From positions 1 through 64,000 of IMG/VR virus record IMGVR_UViG_3300037461_000547: DNA of 64,000 nt. One strand, written 5' to 3'. Under the pieces are notes generated by a model. That model saw only the letters and a list, made by a program, of their open reading frames with translations. It was not told the DNA's origin and did not search any database. This DNA comes from a virus (taxonomy: Duplodnaviria > Caudoviricetes). Positions 9,306 to 18,009 of the stretch are shown here, piece by piece (the stretch's first letter is position 1; each line of letters opens with the position of its first letter). The translations under genes were made by a program, and so were the position numbers.

Positions 9306-9716
9306 CCATGGGAAGGCGATGATTATTTTGATTCTCGCAACAGCGAAGCCAGTGTTGACTTAAAAGAAGTCATCGGCGGTTGGGGGAAAGCCACACCGTC
9401 TCTCAATGAAATTGCTACATTGTCCAGCATTCCCGGCAAAATGGATGTGGATGGCCAGCAGGTTGCACATCTCTGGCTGGATGGAAACATGGAGCGGATT
9501 GTTCAATACAACGAATACGATGCCTTAACGACCTATCTTGTCTGGCTACGAACCGCTCATTTTGGCGGTCATTTTACCACCGAACAGTATAACTCCGAAC
9601 AGCAGTATGTTCGGGATTTGATTCAAACGGAAATCGACAACGGAAAAACTCACCTGCAGCAATATCTGGTGGAGTGGGATAGATTAAAAAATAGTTTGGG
9701 GAGAAACGATCAATAA
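9306..9716 (+). pseudogene. 3' half of a PolB-related 3'-5' exonuclease gene
   Basis: PWEGDDYF...DLKEVIGGWGKATPSLNEIATLSSIPGKMDVDG...YNEYDALTTYLVWLR; N-terminal catalytic half absent. Confidence 0.7.
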
Positions 9717-10196
9717 AACGACACTGGATCTGATAGGTGAGGAAGCGGTTGAAAATCGTTATAACGAAGTCGTTTTTCAGTTTCTAAAGCGGAATAATAA
9801 GCTATCCATAGGTGGAACGGCAGATCGAATAATTGGATGAATAGCTCAAACGACCATTTTATGTCGGAAGGCCCGCCCGGAATTATCACTGGGTTTTGAG
9901 GTTGGAACATCACCTCTATGCAATACAAGACTGCTGGGCATCCTTAAAAAATATGCTGGAAAAAACCCGTTAAAACCAAGTTTGTTGAGATAGAAAATGA
10001 TATTTCTCTGGTTGCAAAACCTTTATCGCCAGATATGAGGGACGTTAATAAAAAAGTTTTTCGGTTCTTGAGATGATTGCTTTTGCTGGCTACCCGATGA
10101 CCCCTGTCTTGTTTCTATGGGTTTTGAGGCATTTTTGTTTGAATCCTTATGCTCCGAATTATTATCGTTTTTAGCCATCCCTTGCTCCATTTATAT

Positions 10197-10306
10197 TTAT
10201 GAATAAAATCTAAAATATGCCGAACTTTTTACACCTTCGAACTTTATAACCTCTATTTTGGCGTCGTCAAGTATTTTTTTTGCTTCTTCCATGGTATATG
10301 GTTCCG
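10197..10306 (-). pseudogene. 3' end of a dCMP/cytidine deaminase-like gene
   Basis: AEPYTMEEAKKILDDAKIEVIKFEGVKSSAYFRFYS* resembles the EPY...FEGV...YFR C-terminus of dCMP deaminases. Confidence 0.45.
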
Positions 10307-10317
10307 CATTACACCTG

Positions 10318-12108
10318 TTAATATCTTTTAAGTCCGCGTTTTTTAGAAAGGTCATTAAACTTGCCTTCCCCTTGATTATATAAATCCATTATTTCAGTAT
10401 CAGTTAGTGCCCCCGAGTAAACTTGATACTCATCTAAAAGTCCAGTATAATAACTACCAGTACCGGCAATCTTATTTAATAAACGAAACTGCGTAAAAAC
10501 ATTGTATAAATCGCTTTCGTAAGCAGGATTGGACTGTATTTCATACGTCCCATTTAAGTACATTTTTGTCTGACTTGTATCAAAAATAACCACAACGTGC
10601 CACCATGATGTATTCCCTGTTGCAGAAGGTAAACGAACACTTGCCACCGTTCCTGCGGTAGCAGAACTTAATTTCCAGTTAGCATAAACACGAGAACTAT
10701 ATTCTTTGATTTTAATGAAATACGTGCTGGTTGCGTCAGCCATTTCAAAAAGCTGACTCTGTGGTGTAGCACCTGCATGGTCGTTGTTGTACCAAAATGA
10801 TACGGTGATAGGGAGTGCTGTAACGGGAGGTGTTCCATTCAGATAAAATATACCATCACTATCTAAGTGGCGGTTCAAATAATAGATATTATCCGAATTA
10901 AAAATACCGCCATCATCAATGTCAATAGGTCCACCTGCTGATGTTAAAGGAAATGCGCCTAAAGCATCTGCTACACAACCTGTACCCGACGCGCCATCAA
11001 CATCTTCAAAACGATAATAAGCTCTTAACATGTTTTGATAATTATAAGACGACTGATTTCCAAAACCTGTTAACTTAGCCGCAACATATTTTTTTCCACT
11101 TTGCGTATACGCGGGATATGATAGGGTCAGAATACTGTGTGAGTATCGCGTAGTATCATCTACAAGAACAGTTGTCGGACTCCATAAATCGCCTTGCAAA
11201 TCAAAATATGTTACATTATCCACTATTAAACGACCATCTGCAACGTGCGCATGTCCTTGTAATACGATTGGAGGAATCGCTTGTTCCGCCATGTCTGTCA
11301 TAGCTTGCGTAATATCACCATAAGCTGATTGCGTGGTACATATCGCACATCCATTACTTTCAATTGCAGGCATTGCATTCTTGAAGCGATAATGCGTTAC
11401 AACGACACACGGATAATCTTTTGTATCCGCGTCATCTAAAACCATGTCAAACCAGTCGCCCTGAGTAATGTTAGTAGGTTCTCCTTCATTGTCCCACTGA
11501 CCGTTGCATTGAAATCCAGAGATTTCGCCTGATTCAATGATTGCCATGTTAATAAAAATAAATCGCCAAGTTTGTGAATCAATTGTTGTGTCAACAACAT
11601 ATGAAACAGGCGTATAGTCGGTAATTGCAGTTGGCCACCATGTCATCGCTGCTGACCCACCCGTTGCGAAAGCAGTATTAATACTCGTATCACCATAAAA
11701 AAGTTGATAACGCGCATCAGAAATTGAAGAACCAATGTCCCAATGACCAGTTGAAAAATATGCGGGCGCAACTAATCCAGACATTGCCGAAAGTAGTCGA
11801 GCTGTGTGTGCCGACATAATTTCTAAGGTATCACCACCATTGACAAGATCACCATTGAATAATGCAATATCAATACCGGCAGCGTTCCAATTTGTGACTG
11901 CTTGTGGAATGGAGTAGGTTTCATAACCTGTGATGCGGCCTGCAGATAACCAATAAGTAGAACTATCACAATAAATTTGATGCGACGTTGATACATCGGC
12001 TGTTGCATGCGTATCAGAAATTACTCCAATTTTAATACTCCCGCCGGCAACACTTACACCAATGGAAAAGAGAATAGTAATCAATATTTGGAGAACAGTT
12101 TTAATCAT
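10318..12108 (-). CDS. Secreted metallophosphoesterase + LamG-like domain protein (paralogue B)
   Basis: Signal peptide MIKTVLQILITILFSIGVSVA; DTH, GDLVN, GHWD, THYR, GHAH motifs; WWHVVVIFD...MYLNG...GLLDEYQVYSGALT. Confidence 0.8.
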   Translation of the reverse strand: MIKTVLQILITILFSIGVSVAGGSIKIGVISDTHATADVSTSHQIYCDSSTYWLSAGRITGYETYSIPQAVTNWNAAGIDIALFNGDLVNGGDTLEIMSAHTARLLSAMSGLVAPAYFSTGHWDIGSSISDARYQLFYGDTSINTAFATGGSAAMTWWPTAITDYTPVSYVVDTTIDSQTWRFIFINMAIIESGEISGFQCNGQWDNEGEPTNITQGDWFDMVLDDADTKDYPCVVVTHYRFKNAMPAIESNGCAICTTQSAYGDITQAMTDMAEQAIPPIVLQGHAHVADGRLIVDNVTYFDLQGDLWSPTTVLVDDTTRYSHSILTLSYPAYTQSGKKYVAAKLTGFGNQSSYNYQNMLRAYYRFEDVDGASGTGCVADALGAFPLTSAGGPIDIDDGGIFNSDNIYYLNRHLDSDGIFYLNGTPPVTALPITVSFWYNNDHAGATPQSQLFEMADATSTYFIKIKEYSSRVYANWKLSSATAGTVASVRLPSATGNTSWWHVVVIFDTSQTKMYLNGTYEIQSNPAYESDLYNVFTQFRLLNKIAGTGSYYTGLLDEYQVYSGALTDTEIMDLYNQGEGKFNDLSKKRGLKRY

Positions 12109-13876
12109 TTTTTGTTTCCTTATTTATTTTTTTACCGTCGCCACGTTGGGCTTTATCTTCTTTTTCCATTTTGGATGCTGTGGAATCACCGTCTGCATCT
12201 TTGATTCCGCGTGCACTTGCGCCTGTACCTATATTTTCGCCTTGCGCTTCAGCAATACGGGCAAGGCGTGCGGCGTGTTCTTTCTCCGCTTTCTCAACAG
12301 TGGATTCTGGATAACCTTTAGATATGGCTGCTGTTCTCTTATCAAGGATACCGGCTTCAACATCTCTAATAATAATATCGGGATCAGTGTTGAGAACATT
12401 TGCACTATCGATTTCTTTGTAAATTTCATTGAGCTTCTCATTCGTAACTTTGTGTCCAATTGTGATTTGTGCAATCTGTTTCGTTATCTCACGTTGGAAA
12501 CTTACACTCGGAACAGAAGGCGCTAATTTCTTTAACTCATTAGCTTCGGTTCTTCGTTCGGCATCTGTCTGTAATGAATACCGTGAAGGATAACGTACTG
12601 TTGCTGTTTCTTTAGCGCCATCATATGCTGACCAGTAAACAGCAATCTTACGTTCACCGTTTTCCAACTCAAGACCAATGTACGAGAGTCCTGCCTCAAG
12701 TCCCGTCATATCCATTTTCTTAGATTCAGCGGACGCCGATTTGGGTTCAATATTGGAGAGAGCAAGAGCAACAAGTTGGCGGATTTCTTTCTTAAGTTGC
12801 TCCTGCTTCTCCATTGAAACTTCCAGATTCTCTGGAGGTGGGCTGACGAAGGCGGGTCGTTCAGCCCCAATTGGGTAGCGGCGTCCCGATGTGGCACCAA
12901 TTTTTATTCCAAGTTGTTTGGCTTGTTGGGCATTTACCGCTGTGCCCGCATAATTTGTGACAGTTTCATCGACACTGACTGATGCTTGACCGGCGGATGG
13001 GGGCCTCTGAAAAATGTTTTGTGCACGCGGGTCGTATTGTTCGGTATAAAAAGGTATGTTACATTTTAAGGCATAGTTAATGTCGCTCGAAGCCAGATTC
13101 GTTAGTGCAATTTGATGATTCGCAATATCTTTAAGCAAGCTATCTGTAAGTTCAAAGACAACAAATGGGATGTGCGAAATTTCTATGGTATAAGTAATCT
13201 CGCTCGGATTCCCGTCTTTATCAATTTGAATACCGTCAACATCATAGAACGTAACTTCTACGTGATTGTCAACTTTTTTAAGCAAACGGAAACGGGAGAG
13301 TGTGCCAATTGTCAAACCCGTTTCTTCATCAATATCTTCATAGTAGTCTTCCAAGAGTAATGTAGTGTACTCTGTACCGTTGTCACCAGGTGCTAACGTC
13401 CAGCTCTTTATCTGTTCAGCTTTGTAAAGATAAATATAAGGACGAAGATTCTTAGCATCATAACGCGTACCTGTGACATCTTGTGGTGCGTCAATGTACA
13501 CGCCTACTTTTTTCATGGTTAAAAGTTCGGGGAGAACTTCACGACCGATGAAAGCATTCATGGACGACCCATTTAAGTCGACGCCACCATTGATTCCGAG
13601 AATCGCATTTTGATACGATTCGGGTCCACCCTTACGAGTGATGTCTTCAGTACGTTGGAAGATAGCGTTTTTAATGTCATTTACAGCAGCTTTGGCAAAG
13701 GCGGGGACGTACGTAATTAGTTTACGTGCGACATAGTCCTTATTGTCTTCGAGCTGTGAGAATGTCTGTACATATGCGTTGATGAAATCATCACCACCAT
13801 TGTACGTAAGTCTCCACTTTGGCCAACTTCGTTTTAATGCTGTGTATTCGGGATGTTCTATTTCACTTATTTTCAT
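12101..13876 (-). CDS. Portal protein
   Basis: 591 aa directly after terL; HPEY...W..WRLTYNGG N-terminus and AESKKMD motif typical of siphovirus portals. Confidence 0.8.
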   Translation of the reverse strand: MKISEIEHPEYTALKRSWPKWRLTYNGGDDFINAYVQTFSQLEDNKDYVARKLITYVPAFAKAAVNDIKNAIFQRTEDITRKGGPESYQNAILGINGGVDLNGSSMNAFIGREVLPELLTMKKVGVYIDAPQDVTGTRYDAKNLRPYIYLYKAEQIKSWTLAPGDNGTEYTTLLLEDYYEDIDEETGLTIGTLSRFRLLKKVDNHVEVTFYDVDGIQIDKDGNPSEITYTIEISHIPFVVFELTDSLLKDIANHQIALTNLASSDINYALKCNIPFYTEQYDPRAQNIFQRPPSAGQASVSVDETVTNYAGTAVNAQQAKQLGIKIGATSGRRYPIGAERPAFVSPPPENLEVSMEKQEQLKKEIRQLVALALSNIEPKSASAESKKMDMTGLEAGLSYIGLELENGERKIAVYWSAYDGAKETATVRYPSRYSLQTDAERRTEANELKKLAPSVPSVSFQREITKQIAQITIGHKVTNEKLNEIYKEIDSANVLNTDPDIIIRDVEAGILDKRTAAISKGYPESTVEKAEKEHAARLARIAEAQGENIGTGASARGIKDADGDSTASKMEKEDKAQRGDGKKINKETKND

Positions 13877-13880
13877 ATTT

Positions 13881-15536
13881 TCATCTTGGACTTTCTACAC
13901 TCATGTTATTGGCAATAGATACCGCAATAGCGAGTGCTATTTCACTGTAATTACAAGCGTGTCCCCAGTGATCGGCGCCCACCGTTATATATTTTGCTAC
14001 GGCATTTCCACTTTTATCTTTCTCGTACTTACGAACTTGGTTCGTGATATGTTCACCAAACTCGTAAGGAAAATTCTTGGGAATTTGTACCGTATTTCTA
14101 ATGTAGCGTCCAAGTGAAAGGTCGAGCCACGAAGTACGGTCTACGGTGACGGATTGTTCTAAATCCTCAGTGAGCGTTATCTGTTTCCCACGCACATTGT
14201 TCCCGTAAAAGCAAAGGAACACATTACCCCAAAATCGAACTGCAAATTCATATGCTTTACGTCTCTCAGGATTTGCGTCGATAACCGACATACTTGGACG
14301 CCAACGGTACAAAAGATTATCGAGTTCTTCGAACTGTAACACTTTCCCGATTTCGAGATGTTTGGCTTTGGCTCCAACGTTAATATCGAGAGTAGTTTGT
14401 ATATCAGGGAGCGTCCACTCCGTAACAATGTAGTGTAGCCATTTCCCAACGTCGATACCCACAGTGATGATTTTGTTAATCTCAGTTGTGGGGTCTCCAT
14501 TTTTGTATTGACCTACACAGGCATTGACTTGACCGATGTCGATCGAGCCACCTTCTACGATGTGTGGGAGTCCAAGTTTTGAATTATAGAACTCTTGTTC
14601 ATCTGCTGGATTAGTCTGTGCATTTAAGTAGGACGTTGCAATCTCGTACGGTTCTACCGTACAACTATAAAGTTGGTTGACATGAAAACCACGGATTATA
14701 CGTCCTGGGTTTTCAGGCACCCAGATTCCTTTACCCAAATAATCGGGCTTGGTTGCGTGTGGCAGTTTTCCTTCACACAGAGGACACTTCAAATAGGATT
14801 CCCGAATTTTAGGGTCTTTAGGGTCATCCCCAATAATTACTATGGATTCTGGAAATCTTAATTCAATATGTCGCGAACACAAAGGACATGGGAAGTGGAA
14901 ATGTTCTTTAGTGCTGTCTTCGAAATATTTATTGATTCCATAGCTTGGGATTGTGGGTGTACTTATCATCCACGTCTGTTTATATAATTGTCCTGATTGG
15001 CGTTCAAAAGCCAAAGGTATGTTTTCCTGTGCCATCTCATCGACCTCATCAAAAATAAGAAGTCCAGCAGGCACGGATTTTAGACCTGAACGACTTTTGC
15101 TACCGCGAAGGTACAGATTTGCGGTACCCGCGCGTTTGTGTCCGATGTTTTTAACGTCTGAGAATAAAGTGCGCAAGTGTTCGGAGAGTTCTAACGCAGA
15201 ATCGAAACGTGATGCACTGAAATCAGCGGCATCCGGACGTTTGGCGGGGAATACATACATACAACTTAAGTTGTGAATGTCCATGACGTAAAACACGCGG
15301 TTAAGGCATGTTTCAGTGTATGCTGCTTGCGCACTCTTTTGCCCGACATTCACTTCAGCTTCTGAATTATGCATCTCTTTAGCCCAGGGGTGGTGTGTGA
15401 ATCTCCAAGGGCCTGGGAATGGCGGACCCATAATCCGATATTTTTCTGCCCAACGCGCACACGTTGTGACGGACTTGCGCTCAAGACCGCAACGAACCGC
15501 TGAAAGGAACGTGTTTTGCATTGTGTTGTTAATCAC
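13881..15536 (-). CDS. terL: Terminase large subunit (lambda GpA-like)
   Basis: KSAQAAYTE Walker A variant, LLIFDEVD Walker B, ISTPT motif, CPLC zinc motifs, VGIDVG nuclease motif, DHWGHA. Confidence 0.9.
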   Translation of the reverse strand: MINNTMQNTFLSAVRCGLERKSVTTCARWAEKYRIMGPPFPGPWRFTHHPWAKEMHNSEAEVNVGQKSAQAAYTETCLNRVFYVMDIHNLSCMYVFPAKRPDAADFSASRFDSALELSEHLRTLFSDVKNIGHKRAGTANLYLRGSKSRSGLKSVPAGLLIFDEVDEMAQENIPLAFERQSGQLYKQTWMISTPTIPSYGINKYFEDSTKEHFHFPCPLCSRHIELRFPESIVIIGDDPKDPKIRESYLKCPLCEGKLPHATKPDYLGKGIWVPENPGRIIRGFHVNQLYSCTVEPYEIATSYLNAQTNPADEQEFYNSKLGLPHIVEGGSIDIGQVNACVGQYKNGDPTTEINKIITVGIDVGKWLHYIVTEWTLPDIQTTLDINVGAKAKHLEIGKVLQFEELDNLLYRWRPSMSVIDANPERRKAYEFAVRFWGNVFLCFYGNNVRGKQITLTEDLEQSVTVDRTSWLDLSLGRYIRNTVQIPKNFPYEFGEHITNQVRKYEKDKSGNAVAKYITVGADHWGHACNYSEIALAIAVSIANNMSVESPR

Positions 15537-15583
15537 TCTGTATTAATCACTCTGTATTAATCACTCTGTATTAATCACTCTGT
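15529..15583. repeat. 14 bp tandem repeat TTAATCACTCTGTA x4 at the terS/terL junction
   Basis: Copies start at 15529, 15543, 15557, 15571 (last is 13/14). Confidence 0.95.
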
Positions 15584-16113
15584 GGGGACGACGCCCTTAT
15601 TAACGTATCTTCAATTCCTGTAATTATTTTATCAAGGACTTCTGCGTCGGAGATATGTGTTGCTATGATTGTGACAATCTCTTGTGCGACTTGGATAAGT
15701 GTGTTCTTATCCAAATATTGTCCGAGCGATTTCTCTATACTGTGGCACGCGGAAATCAGTTTCCCGATTTTGACTGCGAGGTCACTGATCTTGGGTGCGT
15801 GTGCGAGAATGTCAACAGGACCTGTGCAGTTGTTGACAATTTCTTCCATTACGATACGCAGGATACCAATTTCTTCACGCAAGTTTTTGACATCGTGATT
15901 CGGTGAATCCAATTCGTTTAAGCGTGCACGATATTTCGTCAACTTATATAAACGCTGCGTTTCTGCCTGTTGAATAGCAACGGCACGATTACCGCCGTGA
16001 ACAGGACAAAATCCACCTTGAACAGTCGCAAGGTTATGGCACTGTCCCTGTGTGTTCACAGCTTGACAACGCATAGGGTCAGTATCTTCAACTCTTTTAA
16101 TTTCGTATTTCAT
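15571..16113 (-). CDS. Terminase small subunit (putative)
   Basis: Directly upstream of terL; CQA...C...CPVHGG zinc-binding N-terminus then helical region. Confidence 0.6.
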   Translation of the reverse strand: MKYEIKRVEDTDPMRCQAVNTQGQCHNLATVQGGFCPVHGGNRAVAIQQAETQRLYKLTKYRARLNELDSPNHDVKNLREEIGILRIVMEEIVNNCTGPVDILAHAPKISDLAVKIGKLISACHSIEKSLGQYLDKNTLIQVAQEIVTIIATHISDAEVLDKIITGIEDTLIRASSPQSD

Positions 16114-16441
16114 AATTGTCCTCTATTGTATTATCGTTGAAAATAGGTGTAAAATTCAATTGAAAATCAAAAAATTCAAAAAATATTTTAGTCGATTTTT
16201 TATTACCCTTGGGTTGTTGTGATTGTTACAATCATCATTTGACCCCACCACCCATACCCAGTACCTTTGTCCACAGGGGAAGTGTTGTACAGGTGTGGGA
16301 TATAGGTGTTTAGCGCGAGGTGCTTTTGGCGGGATATGGGGTTCTGATTTCAAAAATCCCAGAGGTGACACCATGTGGAGCGTCAGGGTTATCGACCTGG
16401 CGTGTCCACTTTCAGGAAAATAAACGACCCCCCAGGTCTTG

Positions 16442-16657
16442 TTATAAGTCCTGTATTTACAAGGATTTATGAAAAGTCGAGCAGCCATATCCACTATGAT
16501 TTATTAAATCAGCAGCCATATCCCGATACAGTTATACCGATATTCATAACTCCTGTATTTACAAGGATTTACATTTTTTGTCTTATTGGTCGAATGTCCC
16601 AAAACGATTTTTCAATAAAAAATAAAATCTTATAACTCTTTTATTCACAAGGATTTA
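16442..16657. repeat. Three ~28 bp imperfect palindromic direct repeats upstream of terS
   Basis: TCCTGTATTTACAAGGATTTA exact at 16449-16469 and 16551-16571; variant TATTCACAAGGATTTA at 16642-16657. Confidence 0.85.
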
Positions 16658-16938
16658 TGCGCTGATGTCGATATTCTGGATGTTCTTCTCTTCTTCGTGG
16701 ACTCTATAATTATTGCGACGGTGCGGGCAAGACCCTCGCAAACCTGCCTTGTGGTTACAAGGTGAAAATATAGTCCACGATATATCCGAGCCGATATGTC
16801 CGTAAAATATCTCCTGTGCGACAGAGGTGGTGAGCCATAGTCCCCGAAAGAGAGTTCCGGCAAGTTAGCAAGGATACAAGAGATTAGACAAAATCTACGT
16901 GGTGACGTGACTGTACTACCTACGGTGCAGCGGGAAAG

Positions 16939-17295
16939 ATGAGGTGCATCATGTTGATAAGAGCAATCCCCAACTATAAGTACCGTAGGAACGACCGAAA
17001 GGTTGTCGCTCTGGCTTGTCGGGAATCAGTAGAATTACCTGACAAGGCATGGAGGATGTACCGAAATCCCAAAACTATGACACGTAGCTGTGTTATAGGG
17101 ATGAAGGACGGGAAAGTGGTTACACTTCCAGCGATAAACTGGAAAATCAGAGACGATCGTGGTGGACGGCGCGCAAGAATCTACCAAAACAGTAAAGGTG
17201 TAGGATTCAAGACGAAAGTTGTCCACAAAACAAGAGTCAAGCCTGAAGTCAAAAAGTATACCGGCGAAATGTGCAAAGTTACTTATTTACTCTAA
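16939..17295 (+). CDS. Hypothetical basic early protein
   Basis: 118 aa, K/R rich; SD GAGGTG suggests the true start is 16951. Confidence 0.6.
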   Translation: MRCIMLIRAIPNYKYRRNDRKVVALACRESVELPDKAWRMYRNPKTMTRSCVIGMKDGKVVTLPAINWKIRDDRGGRRARIYQNSKGVGFKTKVVHKTRVKPEVKKYTGEMCKVTYLL

Positions 17296-17353
17296 AGAGA
17301 TTCGCTGCATCGTAGGTAGTACAGTCGAACGCCATCTTACTCTCCTTCCACAA

Positions 17354-17400
17354 CCCACACCCTGATTCATAGAGTCAGTGTTACTGGGTCAGGGTGTGGG
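17354..17400 (+). other. Long intergenic hairpin
   Basis: CCCACACCCTGA (17354-17365) / TCAGGGTGTGGG (17389-17400), perfect 12 bp stem. Confidence 0.75.
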
Positions 17401-17545
17401 CATACCTTTAGAGAGTCCCTTTTTAGGATTTGGGCGGTGGTTAAACCACAAGATCATCCCCATCTCGTAGAAAGCGCTTCTGTCGCGTGAGAAGCTGTAT
17501 TACAGGTAGCACAGTCACGTCGTACTGGTGGAAAGAGAGGTCGCT

Positions 17546-17887
17546 ATGTTCGCATTAGATTTAGGGCCAGTACCGAGTGAAGAAGAGTGTCAACAGTTCG
17601 GTACAGTTTCCTATGACGCTCTCCGAGCATGGAAAGAGTGTCAAGCATTCCAGCACCAGTTAGAACGCCAATTCAAAAAAGAATTAACAGAAGCTAATCC
17701 CAAAGCACCAGCACCAAAGATCATCAGAATCGCTGTCCACAAAGAACCTGAAGGTTACTATGAAGTAGTTGTCAAAGTAGAAGACGGCGCAAGTGATGAT
17801 GTAATTGCTCTGGCGTACACCATAGAAGAAAATCTACCACAACACTGGGACAAAGAAGCTAAAGATGAACTAAAAAGAATAGAATGA
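17546..17887 (+). CDS. Hypothetical early protein
   Basis: ORF with SD GAGG; LGPVPSEEECQQFG...WD pattern. Confidence 0.7.
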   Translation: MFALDLGPVPSEEECQQFGTVSYDALRAWKECQAFQHQLERQFKKELTEANPKAPAPKIIRIAVHKEPEGYYEVVVKVEDGASDDVIALAYTIEENLPQHWDKEAKDELKRIE

Positions 17888-18009
17888 TTTATTAAATCAG
17901 TACGACACTACCTGTGCTGCAGGTAGCACAGTCACGTTAAGCGTCCTGTCGCCATTGGAAGGCCTGTGGGGAAACTCACAATACCCCAACGGGGTAGAAA
18001 GGCCTAACA

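Larger units (their letters stand above)
9306..10306. mobile_element. ~1.0 kb foreign bacterial-type insert in the structural operon
   Basis: Two 5'-truncated convergent gene fragments; flanked by CATT at 9302-9305 and 10307-10310. Confidence 0.7.
16905..17937. repeat. Dispersed motif AGGTAG(C/T)ACAGTC(ACGT), four copies
   Basis: Minus copy 16905-16921; plus copies 17313-17326, 17504-17520, 17921-17937. Confidence 0.9.

Noticed and set aside
7511-12108. Diversity-generating retroelement (TR/VR pair) between the LamG paralogues
   Set aside because: Similarity is at protein level and not adenine-specific, and no reverse transcriptase is present.
16442-17937. CRISPR-like mini-array
   Set aside because: Repeats are few and unevenly spaced (86-102 bp, or whole ORFs apart), occur in mixed orientation, and no cas genes are present.
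17885-17945. Integron attC site (GTTAAGC fits GTTRRRY)
   Set aside because: No complementary RYYYAAC inverse core after the upstream stop and no integrase in the window.
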